Source of the DNA: Candidatus Omnitrophota bacterium
Lineage (GTDB): Bacteria; Omnitrophota; Omnitrophia; Omnitrophales; Aquincolibacteriaceae
Reading direction: 5' to 3'
Assembly (NCBI GenBank): GCA_043821445.1
Contig: JBDRCT010000031.1
Location: 116,871-180,870 of the forward strand
Length of the DNA stretch: 64,000 nucleotides
Part shown: positions 21,040 through 30,931 of the stretch, piece after piece
How the letters are laid out: every line of letters starts with the position of its first letter
Position numbering within the stretch: the stretch's first letter is position 1
Made by a program: the position numbers and the translations under genes
The notes under the pieces: generated by a model
Databases searched by the model: none
What the model was told of the DNA's origin: nothing
What the model saw: the letters and a program-made list of their open reading frames with translations, nothing else

Positions 21040-21423
21040 ATGTATGACGTTTCTATCAAAACCATTATTGCTATCACCCTTTTTGCCTGCGGGTATATGT
21101 TTTTTATTATTCGCAAGACAGCCCGAGGCCAACTGGACCTCTATGACCTGATCATGTTGTCCGCAGTGGCCATTATTCCGAGCGCGTTCGCATTGTTCCC
21201 CAAGGTCGGGGTTTTTTTAGCGACCAGTACGGGGGTGCTGTTTCCTTTTGTTGTGTTATTCGGGATCTTGCTTGTGATTCTCTTTATTTTTATACATCGC
21301 CTGACTGTCAAGATCCACCGATTGGAATCGGATAGCCGGTTGCTATTGCAGGAATTAAGTTTGCTCAAGCAAACCGTAGACAACAAACAAAGCCGCATTG
21401 CTCCGGCAGTTTCAGCTCAATAA
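21040..21423 (+). CDS. DUF2304-like small membrane protein (usual partner of DPM1-like GT2)
   Basis: 3 hydrophobic segments, C-terminal coiled tail LLQELSLL, RBS CAGGAGG, follows GT2. Confidence 0.75.
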   Translation: MYDVSIKTIIAITLFACGYMFFIIRKTARGQLDLYDLIMLSAVAIIPSAFALFPKVGVFLATSTGVLFPFVVLFGILLVILFIFIHRLTVKIHRLESDSRLLLQELSLLKQTVDNKQSRIAPAVSAQ

Positions 21424-21524
21424 ATCCTTTTTTGCGACCAGAGTTCTCAAGATCTCCGTTGCGGAGCATTGACGTGACGAGGGTCGATAGGTGCCGAGGA
21501 GCATCCTTCGGCGTCTCGAACTCT

Positions 21525-23327
21525 TTAATTTCCCCATAAAGGAGCATGTTCCTTTTTCAATTTCAAATACTCAACCAACACCGCCAAAGCTTTTTCTTTA
21601 TCCCCTTTTTCTTTGTACAGCAGCGCTAAAGCATCGTAGCCCTCTTTTGAAGAAGGAGAGACGGCGATCGCCTTCCGAAAACAAGAAATAGCCTCATCCT
21701 CACGCCCTGTTTCGCGGTAAAGTTCCCCAAGCTGGATATAGTAGAAGGGGTATTGAGGATTATCGTGCGTGGCTTTTTCTAATGATTGAATAGCCCTTGA
21801 GATTTTCCCTTCCTTAATAAAAGAGATGGCTTCATTATAAAAAAACAAACCTTGGGATGATTCCTTCGTTGGTTGTTGTAAGAATAAAACTTCCTGTAGA
21901 TACCGTTTGCTCATTTCAGAATTTCCTAAGGCTGAATACGCATTGCTCATGTTCGCCAGGAGCCGCGGGGTTTGCCGACCTGTTTCCAGCGCTTTTTGAT
22001 AATAAAGGAGAGCGGTTTTTTCATCTTTTCGCTCTTTGGAGTAGGCTTCGCCCAGCAGCATGTAAGAACGGTACTTGAAGGGGGATTTTCTGATATTGTC
22101 ACGCCAGAAGACGAACGGATCTTTCCATAATTCATTCCTGGCATAAGTCATTCCGGATAAAACGACTGCGAGGATCAGAATCGCAGCCAGAAAACCCCTT
22201 GAGGATTTCGTAAGCAACCACAAAAAAGATGCAACGAAAAGAGAGAAGCCGAACATCGGGAGGTATAAGCGATGTTCGAAGATGACATCGGGATAGGGGA
22301 TCAGAGAGGACTCAACGCTTAAGGTCAGGAAGAACCATAAGATCCCGAAGGAGAGAAGACGGTATTTTTTAAAAAAGAGGAAACTTAGGACAAGAAGACT
22401 CACAAGTAACGAAAATGCTGCCCACGCGTCAGGATCTCCCCAAGCTGCCGACATACGGTAATCATAATCAAGGCATTGACCTGCTGGAAAAAAAAGAAGC
22501 CGCAAATAGGTCCTCATGACGCGGAATTCGGTCAGGAGGAAATCCCAGCGGGAAATGTGGGTGTTCCATGTGGGCAATAGATTCATGGCGCCGCCGATGC
22601 GAACAAGATTGTCCTTGTAAATGATCCAGGTTAACGGGACGACCAAAAGGAAGGCGGCGAAAGGGAGCCATCGGAGGACCTTTTTTGCGAACGTTTCTTT
22701 TTCGGAAAGCGGGAAAAAAAACCATTCCACAAGCAGGATTGCAAAAGGAAGAGTAAAACCGATCTCTTTAGTGAACATGGCTGCCAGCATGGAAAGAAAG
22801 ACGGCCGGGTAATACCGGGCGTTTTCAATTCGTGCCTTTAAATACATCCAGAGCGTTGCCAGGTAAAAAAGAGTGGCTAATGAGGTCATTCGCTGGACGA
22901 CGTATGTGACGGCCTGGGTCTGGATCGGATGCGTTACGAATAAAAGAGCGGTCCCGAGTGCGAACAGATCCCGGTGCGAGGCGGACAGAGTATCCTTGAG
23001 TGCAGGGGTGCTCAGCAGCAGTCGAGTGGTCCCGAAAACGGTGAGCGATACCAGAAGGTGGATCAGCAAATTGATGAGATGAAAACCCCAAGGCGCTAGG
23101 CCCGTCAAAACATATTGCAGGGCAAAGCTTAGGTTCGCGACAAAACGGGTAGGAAAACTTTCCCAGATCCTTCCCAGGTTGATAGGAGGGCGCAAGGAGA
23201 GATTTTCAACGATACGCATCTGATCGTCAAAATAAAATGGGACATCAAAAGTGTTAGAATAGGCCAGGACCCCGAAAAGCAGGATCAGGAGCAAACAGGT
23301 TCGCGAGGATAACGGTTTTGAATTCAT
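21525..23327 (-). CDS. TMTC-like GT-C membrane protein with TPRs, paralog 1
   Basis: YSNT..FYFDD, HPIQTQAVTYVVQR, KE, YLRLLFFP, EHRLYLP, RNELW, C-terminal TPRs. Confidence 0.88.
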   Translation of the reverse strand: MNSKPLSSRTCLLLILLFGVLAYSNTFDVPFYFDDQMRIVENLSLRPPINLGRIWESFPTRFVANLSFALQYVLTGLAPWGFHLINLLIHLLVSLTVFGTTRLLLSTPALKDTLSASHRDLFALGTALLFVTHPIQTQAVTYVVQRMTSLATLFYLATLWMYLKARIENARYYPAVFLSMLAAMFTKEIGFTLPFAILLVEWFFFPLSEKETFAKKVLRWLPFAAFLLVVPLTWIIYKDNLVRIGGAMNLLPTWNTHISRWDFLLTEFRVMRTYLRLLFFPAGQCLDYDYRMSAAWGDPDAWAAFSLLVSLLVLSFLFFKKYRLLSFGILWFFLTLSVESSLIPYPDVIFEHRLYLPMFGFSLFVASFLWLLTKSSRGFLAAILILAVVLSGMTYARNELWKDPFVFWRDNIRKSPFKYRSYMLLGEAYSKERKDEKTALLYYQKALETGRQTPRLLANMSNAYSALGNSEMSKRYLQEVLFLQQPTKESSQGLFFYNEAISFIKEGKISRAIQSLEKATHDNPQYPFYYIQLGELYRETGREDEAISCFRKAIAVSPSSKEGYDALALLYKEKGDKEKALAVLVEYLKLKKEHAPLWGN

Positions 23328-23333
23328 AGGGCT

Positions 23334-25124
23334 TTAATTTCCGAACAAGGGTTTGTGCTTCTTCTTGAATTTCAGGTATTCCACCAAGACATCCACAGCT
23401 TTCTGCGGGTCCCCCTTTTCCTTATAAAAAAAAGCCAAAGCGTTATAGCCCTCCTGGGATAAAGGGGCCAGCTCGATGGCTTTCCGGAAAGAAGACACAG
23501 CCTCGTCCTCCTGCTGCATTTTGCGATAGGCCTCGCCGAGTTGGATGTACGTCCAAGGATTCTGAGGGCTTATTTGTATGTCTTTCTTCAGCATCGTTAC
23601 AGCTTCCGCATATTCACCCTTGTTTATCAGAGTGAGCGCCTGGTTATCATAAAAAGAAAGTGTTTTTCTTAACACTGAAAATGATAAAGCTATATTTTTA
23701 AAGTAAACGCTTTTCTCACGATCACCAAGTTGAAAATAAATTTCAGACAGGTTTAAAAAAACCAGGGGAGTGGTAAATCCCAAGTCCAACGCTTTTTGAA
23801 AACAAAATGCCGCGGCTTTGTAATCCTTCACTTCTCTTCTGTAGGCATCACCCAGGCCGGCATAACAAATCCCCTTGTGAGGTGTTTTTTTTACGACGTC
23901 TTGGGCTAGTGAAAGCTTGCTTTTCCACACCTCGTTCCGGGCGTAAGTCATACCTGAAAAAACAACAGTGATAACCAACGAAACAGCGGTGAACCATTTG
24001 ACGGACCTTACTAGTGTCCAAAGAAGCGATGTCAAGAAGAGGACAAATCCGAACGTGGGGAGATAAAGTCGGTGTTCGAATATCAGATCAGGAACAGGGA
24101 TGAAGGAAGATTCGACGCTGAGAGTCAGGAAGAACCATAAAACGCCGAAAGTTAAGAGCCGGTTCTTTTTAAAGCATGCGAGTGACAGAAGCAAAACACT
24201 GAAAAGCAGTGAAAAAGCCACCCACGTATCCGGATCTCCCCAGCCTTTTGAAAGACGATAATCATAGATAAGGCATTGATCGACCGGAAAAAAAAGAAGC
24301 CGCAAGTAGGTCCTTTCGACGCGGAACTGAGTTAAGAAATAATCCCACCGGGAGATATTCTTGGCCATAGATGGAAGGATGTTCATGGATCCACTATCGC
24401 GCGTGAAGATATGAATATTGGTCAGATAAAGTAATGGGATGATCAAAAGAAATGCCGCAAAAGGGAGCCAGCGGATCAATTTTTTGCCGAGAGGATCTTC
24501 GGCCGAGGGCGGAAAGAAGAACAATTCCGAGAGCAGGATCGCGAAGGGGAGGGTGAAGCTGATCTCTTTGGTCAACATGGCTGCCAACATGAGGAGAAAA
24601 ACAACCCGGTAGTAACGGGCGTCCTCCAGCCGTGCCTTAAGGTACATCCAGAGCGTAGCCAAATAAAAAAGGGCCGCCATCGAAGTCAAACGCTGCACAA
24701 TATAAGTGACCGCCTGGGTTTGCACAGGATGCGTTAAAAAAAGAAGTGCGGCGACCACGGCAAACAGATTCTGTTGTGCGGGAGGCACCCAATTTTTCAT
24801 GGCAGGGGTGTTGAGGATCGATAGAGTAAGATTGAACACGACGCACGAAGCAAGGATATGTATTAGCAGATTGACAACGTGAAAGCCCCATGTTGCAAAG
24901 CCCGTCAGGTAAATGTTGAAAGCGAAGCTGAGATTTACAATAAAGCGAAGCGGATGGTAGATCCAGAGTTTTCCGAGATCCAGGGGCTGAAGGGAACGGT
25001 TTTCCAGGATGTTGGGGATATCATCAAATTGAAAAGCTCCGGTCAAACTATTAGAGTAGGCCGCGATCCCGAAGAGCAGGATGAGGAGCAGACAGGTTCG
25101 TGTGGATAACGGTTTTAGATCCAT
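23334..25124 (-). CDS. TMTC-like GT-C/TPR protein, paralog 2
   Basis: FQFDD, HPVQTQAVTYIVQR, EHRLYLP, RNEVW, TPRs. Confidence 0.88.
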   Translation of the reverse strand: MDLKPLSTRTCLLLILLFGIAAYSNSLTGAFQFDDIPNILENRSLQPLDLGKLWIYHPLRFIVNLSFAFNIYLTGFATWGFHVVNLLIHILASCVVFNLTLSILNTPAMKNWVPPAQQNLFAVVAALLFLTHPVQTQAVTYIVQRLTSMAALFYLATLWMYLKARLEDARYYRVVFLLMLAAMLTKEISFTLPFAILLSELFFFPPSAEDPLGKKLIRWLPFAAFLLIIPLLYLTNIHIFTRDSGSMNILPSMAKNISRWDYFLTQFRVERTYLRLLFFPVDQCLIYDYRLSKGWGDPDTWVAFSLLFSVLLLSLACFKKNRLLTFGVLWFFLTLSVESSFIPVPDLIFEHRLYLPTFGFVLFLTSLLWTLVRSVKWFTAVSLVITVVFSGMTYARNEVWKSKLSLAQDVVKKTPHKGICYAGLGDAYRREVKDYKAAAFCFQKALDLGFTTPLVFLNLSEIYFQLGDREKSVYFKNIALSFSVLRKTLSFYDNQALTLINKGEYAEAVTMLKKDIQISPQNPWTYIQLGEAYRKMQQEDEAVSSFRKAIELAPLSQEGYNALAFFYKEKGDPQKAVDVLVEYLKFKKKHKPLFGN

Positions 25125-26872
25125 TACAAGTCCTCAGCGTTTCCGATGAGATCAGACGGATTTGCCTGATTTTTTTGAAGCTCCTGAAGAGTCGCGAGAA
25201 GCTCATGCGCAGGACGTAAAAAAGGATCAAGCGTGATGGCCCTTTCGAGCAGCGAGATCGCCTGCGGATACTCTTTTTTTAGCACATAAATACGAGCCAA
25301 CTCATAATGCGCGATCGAACTTTCGGGCTCCGAGGCGATCGCTGTTTTTAACAAGGAGGCCGCGCTCTCCAGATCTCCCTCTCTCATTTTCAAGACGGCC
25401 AGGTTCGTATAAAGGGTGCCCGACCTTGGATAGGCTTCGAGCCCTTTATGATACCAATACTTCGCTTTAGAAATTTGTCCCGCATTTGCATAGGCCGATC
25501 CCACATTATTGAAATGAATATCATTCCTCTGGCCGGGTGATTTCAAGGATAACGCTTTCAAAAAACTATCAGCTGCCAACAGATATTGATGGTTTTTGTT
25601 GTACGTTTCACCCAGGTGAAAATAGCCGCGGCTTTGCAAAGGAGCTGCCCGGGTTTGATCTTGCCAGAAAAGGAGCTCGTTTGCCCATACGGCGTTGCGC
25701 CGATAAGTGAGCGTCCCCAAAATGAGCGCCAGCGCGATTAAGACAAATCTAAAAAGTCCGGAGGTTTTGATGAATTTCGTGAGGACTGAAGCCGCAAAAA
25801 AACAAAATCCGACCATTGGGAGATAAAGGCGATGTTCAAAGATCACGTCTTTAGCGGGGAAAAAAGAAGACTCGGGGATCAGGGTCAGAAAGAAAAATAA
25901 AATACCAAAAGATAAAAGGCGGTATTTTTTAAAGAGTGCGATAGCGAGCGAGAAAATGCCAAGAAGGAGGAAAAAAGCCGACCATGTATTAAGATCGCCC
26001 CAACCCGTTGAAAGAGGATATTCATAATCGAGGCACTGATCGATCGGAAAGAAAAGAAGCCTCAGATAAGTCCTTATAACGCGGAATTGAGTTAAAAGGT
26101 AATCCCATCGATAAATCTTGTCGTCTAGGGGAGGCAGATTGCCAATAAGATGCTCCGGAAATGTTATAAAAATCAAAGGAATGATCAAAAGACAGGCCGC
26201 AAAAGGGATCCAACGGCGGAGTTTTTTTGAAACGGTTTCAATCGGAGAGAACGGGAAAAAACACACATCGATCAGAAGGATCGTAAAAGGAAGCGTGATG
26301 CTGATCTCCTTCGTGAGCATGGCGAGCAGCATAAAAAGAGAAACAGACCAAAAATAGCGGGTATTTTCAAGGCGTGCTTTAAGATAAAACCAGAGAGTGG
26401 CCAGGTAAAAAAGGGCGGCTAACGAGGTCATGCGTTGAACGACGTATGTGACGGCCTGAGTCTGAATGGGATGTGCTACAAATAAAAAAGCGGTTCCGAG
26501 AGCGAACAGATCTTGGTGCGAAGCGGGGAGAGTGTTCTTGAGTGCGGGCGTCCTTAACAGTGATCGAGCGATCCCGAAAACGGCGAGTGCCGCCAGAAGA
26601 TGGATCAGGAGATTGGTAAGATGAAAACCCCAGGGAGACAGACCCGTTAAAGAATATTGCAGGGCAAAGCTTATGTTTGCGACAAAACGGGTAGGGAAAC
26701 TTTCCCAGATTCTTTCCAAGCTGATAGAGGGGCGCAGGGAGAGATTTCTAATGATTCGATGCTGATCATCAAAATAGAAGGGGGCGTTGAGGGTATTGGA
26801 GTAGATGAGGCACCCCAACAAAAGAAGCAGTGCGACGGACACAGAGAGCGACAAAGATTTTTCTTTTTCCAT
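25124..26872 (-). CDS. TMTC-like GT-C/TPR protein, paralog 3
   Basis: FYFDD, HPIQTQAVTYVVQR, EHRLYLP, RNAVW; TPR region unlike those of paralogs 1, 2, 4 and 5. Confidence 0.88.
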   Translation of the reverse strand: MEKEKSLSLSVSVALLLLLGCLIYSNTLNAPFYFDDQHRIIRNLSLRPSISLERIWESFPTRFVANISFALQYSLTGLSPWGFHLTNLLIHLLAALAVFGIARSLLRTPALKNTLPASHQDLFALGTAFLFVAHPIQTQAVTYVVQRMTSLAALFYLATLWFYLKARLENTRYFWSVSLFMLLAMLTKEISITLPFTILLIDVCFFPFSPIETVSKKLRRWIPFAACLLIIPLIFITFPEHLIGNLPPLDDKIYRWDYLLTQFRVIRTYLRLLFFPIDQCLDYEYPLSTGWGDLNTWSAFFLLLGIFSLAIALFKKYRLLSFGILFFFLTLIPESSFFPAKDVIFEHRLYLPMVGFCFFAASVLTKFIKTSGLFRFVLIALALILGTLTYRRNAVWANELLFWQDQTRAAPLQSRGYFHLGETYNKNHQYLLAADSFLKALSLKSPGQRNDIHFNNVGSAYANAGQISKAKYWYHKGLEAYPRSGTLYTNLAVLKMREGDLESAASLLKTAIASEPESSIAHYELARIYVLKKEYPQAISLLERAITLDPFLRPAHELLATLQELQKNQANPSDLIGNAEDL

Positions 26873-26990
26873 AAAAATTTGATTTCAAACTCAATAATTA
26901 ATATAGAAGGATTATTTCTGATCAGTGTACGGTATTTTTTAATGTCCGCTCGAAGTTTTCCGCCATCTGTTTGCACGATTTTAGAATATC

Positions 26991-28781
26991 TTAATCTCCG
27001 AACAGGGGTTTGTGTTTCTTTTTGTATTTCAGATATTCCACCATGACGGCCACGGCCCTCGGCTCGTCCCCCTTTTTTTTATAAAGAAAAGCCAGGGCGT
27101 TATAGCCCTCCGGGGATAAAGGCGCCAGCTCAATGGCTTTCCGGAAAGAAGACACGGCCTCATCCTCTCGTTGCATTTTAAGATAAGCTTCTCCGAGATG
27201 GAGATAGAACAAAGGATTCTCAGGACTCATCTTTATGTCTTCCTTCAACATCTTGACGGCTCCTGCATAATCGCCCTTTTTGATCAGAGCAAGCGCATGA
27301 TTGTCATAAAAAGAAATATTGTCTTTCAAGGCCGAGGAAGATGAAATTATTTTTTGAAAATAAGCGCTTTTTTCGTATTCACCCAGACGGCCATAGGCGG
27401 CGGCCAAGTTATAAAAAACCCAGGGAGTGACAAAGCCCAAGTCCAATGCTTTTTGATAACAGACCGCCGCGGCCTTATCATCCCTTGCTTCCCTGCTGTA
27501 AGCATCGCCCAGGCCGGCATAAGAGAGCCCCTTGTGAGGATTTTTTCTTACGGCATCTTGGGCCAGCGAAGTGATGGTTTTCCATACTTCATTACGGGCA
27601 TAAGCCATGCTTGAAAAGACAACAGCGATGGCCAGTGAAATAGCGGTAAACCACTTCACGGACCTTAAAAGTATCCAAAGAAGCGATGTCAGGAAGAGGA
27701 CAAATCCGAACATGGGAAGGTAAAGGCGGTGTTCGAATATCAGATCAGGAACAGGGATCAGGGAGGACTCGACACTGAGGGTCAGGAAGAACCATAAAAC
27801 GCCGAACGTTATAAGGCGATTTTTTTTAAAAAAAGCGAGGGATAAAATAAAAACGCTCAAAAGCAATGAAAAAGCCGCCCACGTATCCGGATCTCCCCAA
27901 CCCGTTGAGAGACGATGATCATAAACAAGGCATTGATTGACCGGAAAAAAAAGAAGCCGCAAGTAGGTCCTCTCGACGCGGAACTGAGTCAGGAGATAAT
28001 CCCACCGGGGGGTGCTCTTAGCCATGGATGGGAGAATGTTGATGGATCCATCGATACGCGCGAGAAGATGAGGATATGTCAGATAAAGTAATGGGATGAT
28101 CAAAAGAAATGCCGCAAAAGGGAGCCAGCGGATCAATTTTTTGCCGAGAGGATCTTCGGCCGAGGGCGGAAAGAAGAACAATTCCGAAAGCAGGATCGCG
28201 AAGGGGAGGGTGAAGCTGATCTCTTTGGTCAACATGGCTGCCAACATGAGGAGAAAAACAACCCGGTAGTGACGAGCGTCCTCCAGTCGTGCTTTAAGGT
28301 ACATCCAGAGCGTCGCCAAATAAAAGAGGGCCGCCATCGAAGTCAAACGCTGCACAATATAAGTGACGGCTTGGGTTTGTACGGGATGTGTCGTGAATAG
28401 AAGTGCGGCGACCAAAGCAAACAGATTTTGTTGTGCGGGAGGTACCCAATCTTTCATGGAGGGAGTGCTGAGGACCGATCGGGTAAGATCGAAGACGACG
28501 AGCGAAGTAAGGATATGTATCAGCAGATTGACAACGTGAAAGCCCCATGTTGCAAAGCCCGTCAGGTAAATGTTGAAAGCGAAACTGAGATTTGCAACAA
28601 AGCGAAGAGGATGGTAGAGCCAGAGCTTTCCGAGATTCAGGGGCTGAAGGGAATGGTTTTCCAGGATGTTGGGGATATCATCGAACTGAAAAGCTCCGGT
28701 CAAACTATTAGAGTAGGCCGCGATCCCGAAGAGCAGGATGAGGAGCAGACAGGTTCGTGTGGATAACGGTTTTGAATTCAT
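26991..28781 (-). CDS. TMTC-like GT-C/TPR protein, paralog 4
   Basis: Same motifs; 596 aa, closest to paralog 2. Confidence 0.88.
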   Translation of the reverse strand: MNSKPLSTRTCLLLILLFGIAAYSNSLTGAFQFDDIPNILENHSLQPLNLGKLWLYHPLRFVANLSFAFNIYLTGFATWGFHVVNLLIHILTSLVVFDLTRSVLSTPSMKDWVPPAQQNLFALVAALLFTTHPVQTQAVTYIVQRLTSMAALFYLATLWMYLKARLEDARHYRVVFLLMLAAMLTKEISFTLPFAILLSELFFFPPSAEDPLGKKLIRWLPFAAFLLIIPLLYLTYPHLLARIDGSINILPSMAKSTPRWDYLLTQFRVERTYLRLLFFPVNQCLVYDHRLSTGWGDPDTWAAFSLLLSVFILSLAFFKKNRLITFGVLWFFLTLSVESSLIPVPDLIFEHRLYLPMFGFVLFLTSLLWILLRSVKWFTAISLAIAVVFSSMAYARNEVWKTITSLAQDAVRKNPHKGLSYAGLGDAYSREARDDKAAAVCYQKALDLGFVTPWVFYNLAAAYGRLGEYEKSAYFQKIISSSSALKDNISFYDNHALALIKKGDYAGAVKMLKEDIKMSPENPLFYLHLGEAYLKMQREDEAVSSFRKAIELAPLSPEGYNALAFLYKKKGDEPRAVAVMVEYLKYKKKHKPLFGD

Positions 28782-28810
28782 AGAGCCTCAAAATTGAGCG
28801 ATCGCGGCGC

Positions 28811-28839
28811 ATTATGTTCGATTTGAAGACAGCGTACAA
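28811..28839 (-). promoter_or_regulatory. Sigma70-type promoter of paralog 4
   Basis: Minus strand TTGTAC-N17-CATAAT; conserved copy upstream of paralog 5. Confidence 0.7.
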
Positions 28840-28946
28840 GTCTTTTGCCGGGGGGATTTTTTAAAAATCGGATGGAGCATTCCGGAAGGTGAAAAGCCGG
28901 GTCGTCATCCACCCTCCGCTATCCGTTCTCCCGGTTTTGAAATACT

Positions 28947-30746
28947 TCAATTTCCAAACAAGGGTTTGTGCTTCTTTTTGAATTTCAGATATTCCACCAT
29001 GACATCCACGGCTTTTTGCCGTTCCCCCTTTTTTTTGTAAAAACGGGCCAGAGCATCGTAGCCTTCTCTGGATAAAGGTGCCAGGTCGATCGCTTTCCGG
29101 AAAGAAGCGATGGCGGCATCTTCTTGCCCCGTTTCGATATAGAGTTCCCCAAGCTGAATGTGAAAAAAATGATCCGGGGGGTTGGCTTTGATAGCTTTCT
29201 TTAAGGAGTCAATGGCCTCCGGTATTTTCTTTTCCTGTTTCAAATAGACCACTTGATTGTAATCAAGGATACCTCGCGCGGAGTAGCCTTCTGACTCCGC
29301 GGAAGCAAGCGCTTGTTTTTGGTAGTAAGCGCTTGCTTTAGAGTTTCCAAGTTGGGAATAAGCCGATGCCATATTGGTGAGAAGTACCGAGGTATAAGAT
29401 CCCGCTCTGAGCGCCTTGTTGAAAAACAGAATGGCGGTTTTAAAGTCTTTCAATTCTCCGGCATAAGCTAAACCCAGGGAACAATAAGGACGCCATTTGC
29501 GGGGGGATTTTTTTGACGCGTCTTCCCACAATGTGAAAGAATTTTGCCATACTTCGTTGCGGACATAGGTCATGCCGGAAAAAACCACAACCACGGACAG
29601 TGAAATGGCAGTAAACCATTGGGTGGACCTTAAAAGTATCCATAGAAGCGATGTCAGGAAGAGAACAAACCCGAACATCGGGAGGTAAAGGCGGTGTTCA
29701 TAGATGACGTCAGCAATAGGGATGATAGAAGATTCGATGCTGAGGGTCAGGAAGAACCATAAAACACCAAAGGTTAAGAGGCGATTTTTTTTAAAAAAGG
29801 CAAGGCTCAGGATGAAGATGCTGAAGAGTAATAAAAACGCGGCCCAAGTATCAGGATCTCCCAAACCCGACGAAATGCGGTAGTCGTAGTCGATGCATTG
29901 GTTCACCGGAAAAAAAAGAAGCCGCAGGTAGGTCCTCCCGACGCGGAACTGAGTCAGAAAATAATCCCATCGGGAGATATTGCCAGCCACGGACGGGAGA
30001 ACGTTCATGGATCCTCCGACGCGCGTGAGAAGAAAACTATTCATAAGAAAAAGCAAGGGGATGATCAAAAGAGATGCCGCGAAAGGGATCCAGCGGATAA
30101 GTTTTTTGCCAAGAGGGTCTTCGGCACAGGGTGGAAAGAAGAACAATTCTGAAAGCAGGATCGCAAAGGGAAGAGTGAAGCTGATCTCTTTGGTCAACAT
30201 GGCAGCAGCGGTGAAGCAGAGAGCAAGACGATAGTGACGGGGATCCCCAAGGCGTGTCTTGAGATACATCCAGAGCGCGGTTAAATAGAAAAGGGTTGCC
30301 ATCGAAGTCGCGCGTTGCACGATATAAGTCACAGCTTCGGTTTGCACGGGATGTGTCGTGAAAAGAAGTGCGGCGACCAGGGCAAACAGATTTTGCTGCG
30401 CGGGAGGCACCCAATTTTTCATGGAAGGGGTGTTGAGGATCGATCGAGTAAGATTGAAGACGATGAACGAAGTAAGGATATGTATCAGTAAATTTAAAAC
30501 ATGAAAGCTCCATGTTGCAAAACCCGCCAGATAAATGTTGAAAGAGAAGCTGAGATTTGTGATGAAGCGGGAGGGATATTCCCGCCAGAGAGTTCCGAGA
30601 TTGAGAGGCCAAAGGGAACGGCCTTCCAAAATGTGCATGCCATCATCAAACTGAAAAGATCCGGTAAAAGTGTTGGCATAGGCCCCGATCCCGAAGAGCA
30701 GGATCAGGAGAAAACAGGTTCGTGTGGATAACGGGTTTGAATTCAT
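28947..30746 (-). CDS. TMTC-like GT-C/TPR protein, paralog 5
   Basis: FQFDD, HPVQTEAVTYIVQR, EHRLYLP, RNEVW, TPRs. Confidence 0.88.
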   Translation of the reverse strand: MNSNPLSTRTCFLLILLFGIGAYANTFTGSFQFDDGMHILEGRSLWPLNLGTLWREYPSRFITNLSFSFNIYLAGFATWSFHVLNLLIHILTSFIVFNLTRSILNTPSMKNWVPPAQQNLFALVAALLFTTHPVQTEAVTYIVQRATSMATLFYLTALWMYLKTRLGDPRHYRLALCFTAAAMLTKEISFTLPFAILLSELFFFPPCAEDPLGKKLIRWIPFAASLLIIPLLFLMNSFLLTRVGGSMNVLPSVAGNISRWDYFLTQFRVGRTYLRLLFFPVNQCIDYDYRISSGLGDPDTWAAFLLLFSIFILSLAFFKKNRLLTFGVLWFFLTLSIESSIIPIADVIYEHRLYLPMFGFVLFLTSLLWILLRSTQWFTAISLSVVVVFSGMTYVRNEVWQNSFTLWEDASKKSPRKWRPYCSLGLAYAGELKDFKTAILFFNKALRAGSYTSVLLTNMASAYSQLGNSKASAYYQKQALASAESEGYSARGILDYNQVVYLKQEKKIPEAIDSLKKAIKANPPDHFFHIQLGELYIETGQEDAAIASFRKAIDLAPLSREGYDALARFYKKKGERQKAVDVMVEYLKFKKKHKPLFGN

Positions 30747-30778
30747 TGCAGGCTCTCAGTGTTAAATAATGGTGGTGC

Positions 30779-30807
30779 ATTATGTTCGATTTAAAGACGG
30801 CGCACAA
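30779..30807 (-). promoter_or_regulatory. Sigma70-type promoter of paralog 5
   Basis: Minus strand TTGTGC-N17-CATAAT within a ~40-bp block shared with 28810-28850. Confidence 0.7.
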
Positions 30808-30931
30808 GTCTTTTGCCGCAAAAATCTTTCAAAAACAAGAAGACACCGGGCAACGAGGAATTTGGAGTTATACTTTAATGATCATGGCGACGAACAGGGC
30901 GCGATATATATTGCCGGCCCGGGATCCGGGA

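Noticed and set aside
25101-30731. DnaA boxes (TGTGGATAA at 25101, 28758, 30723) suggesting an origin
   Set aside because: They are the same Leu-Ser-Thr codons in paralogous genes, kilobases apart; the single box at 44516 is also insufficient for oriC
21525-30746. Diversity-generating retroelement acting on the TMTC or pilin paralogs
   Set aside because: No reverse transcriptase, no non-coding template repeat, and differences are not adenine-specific
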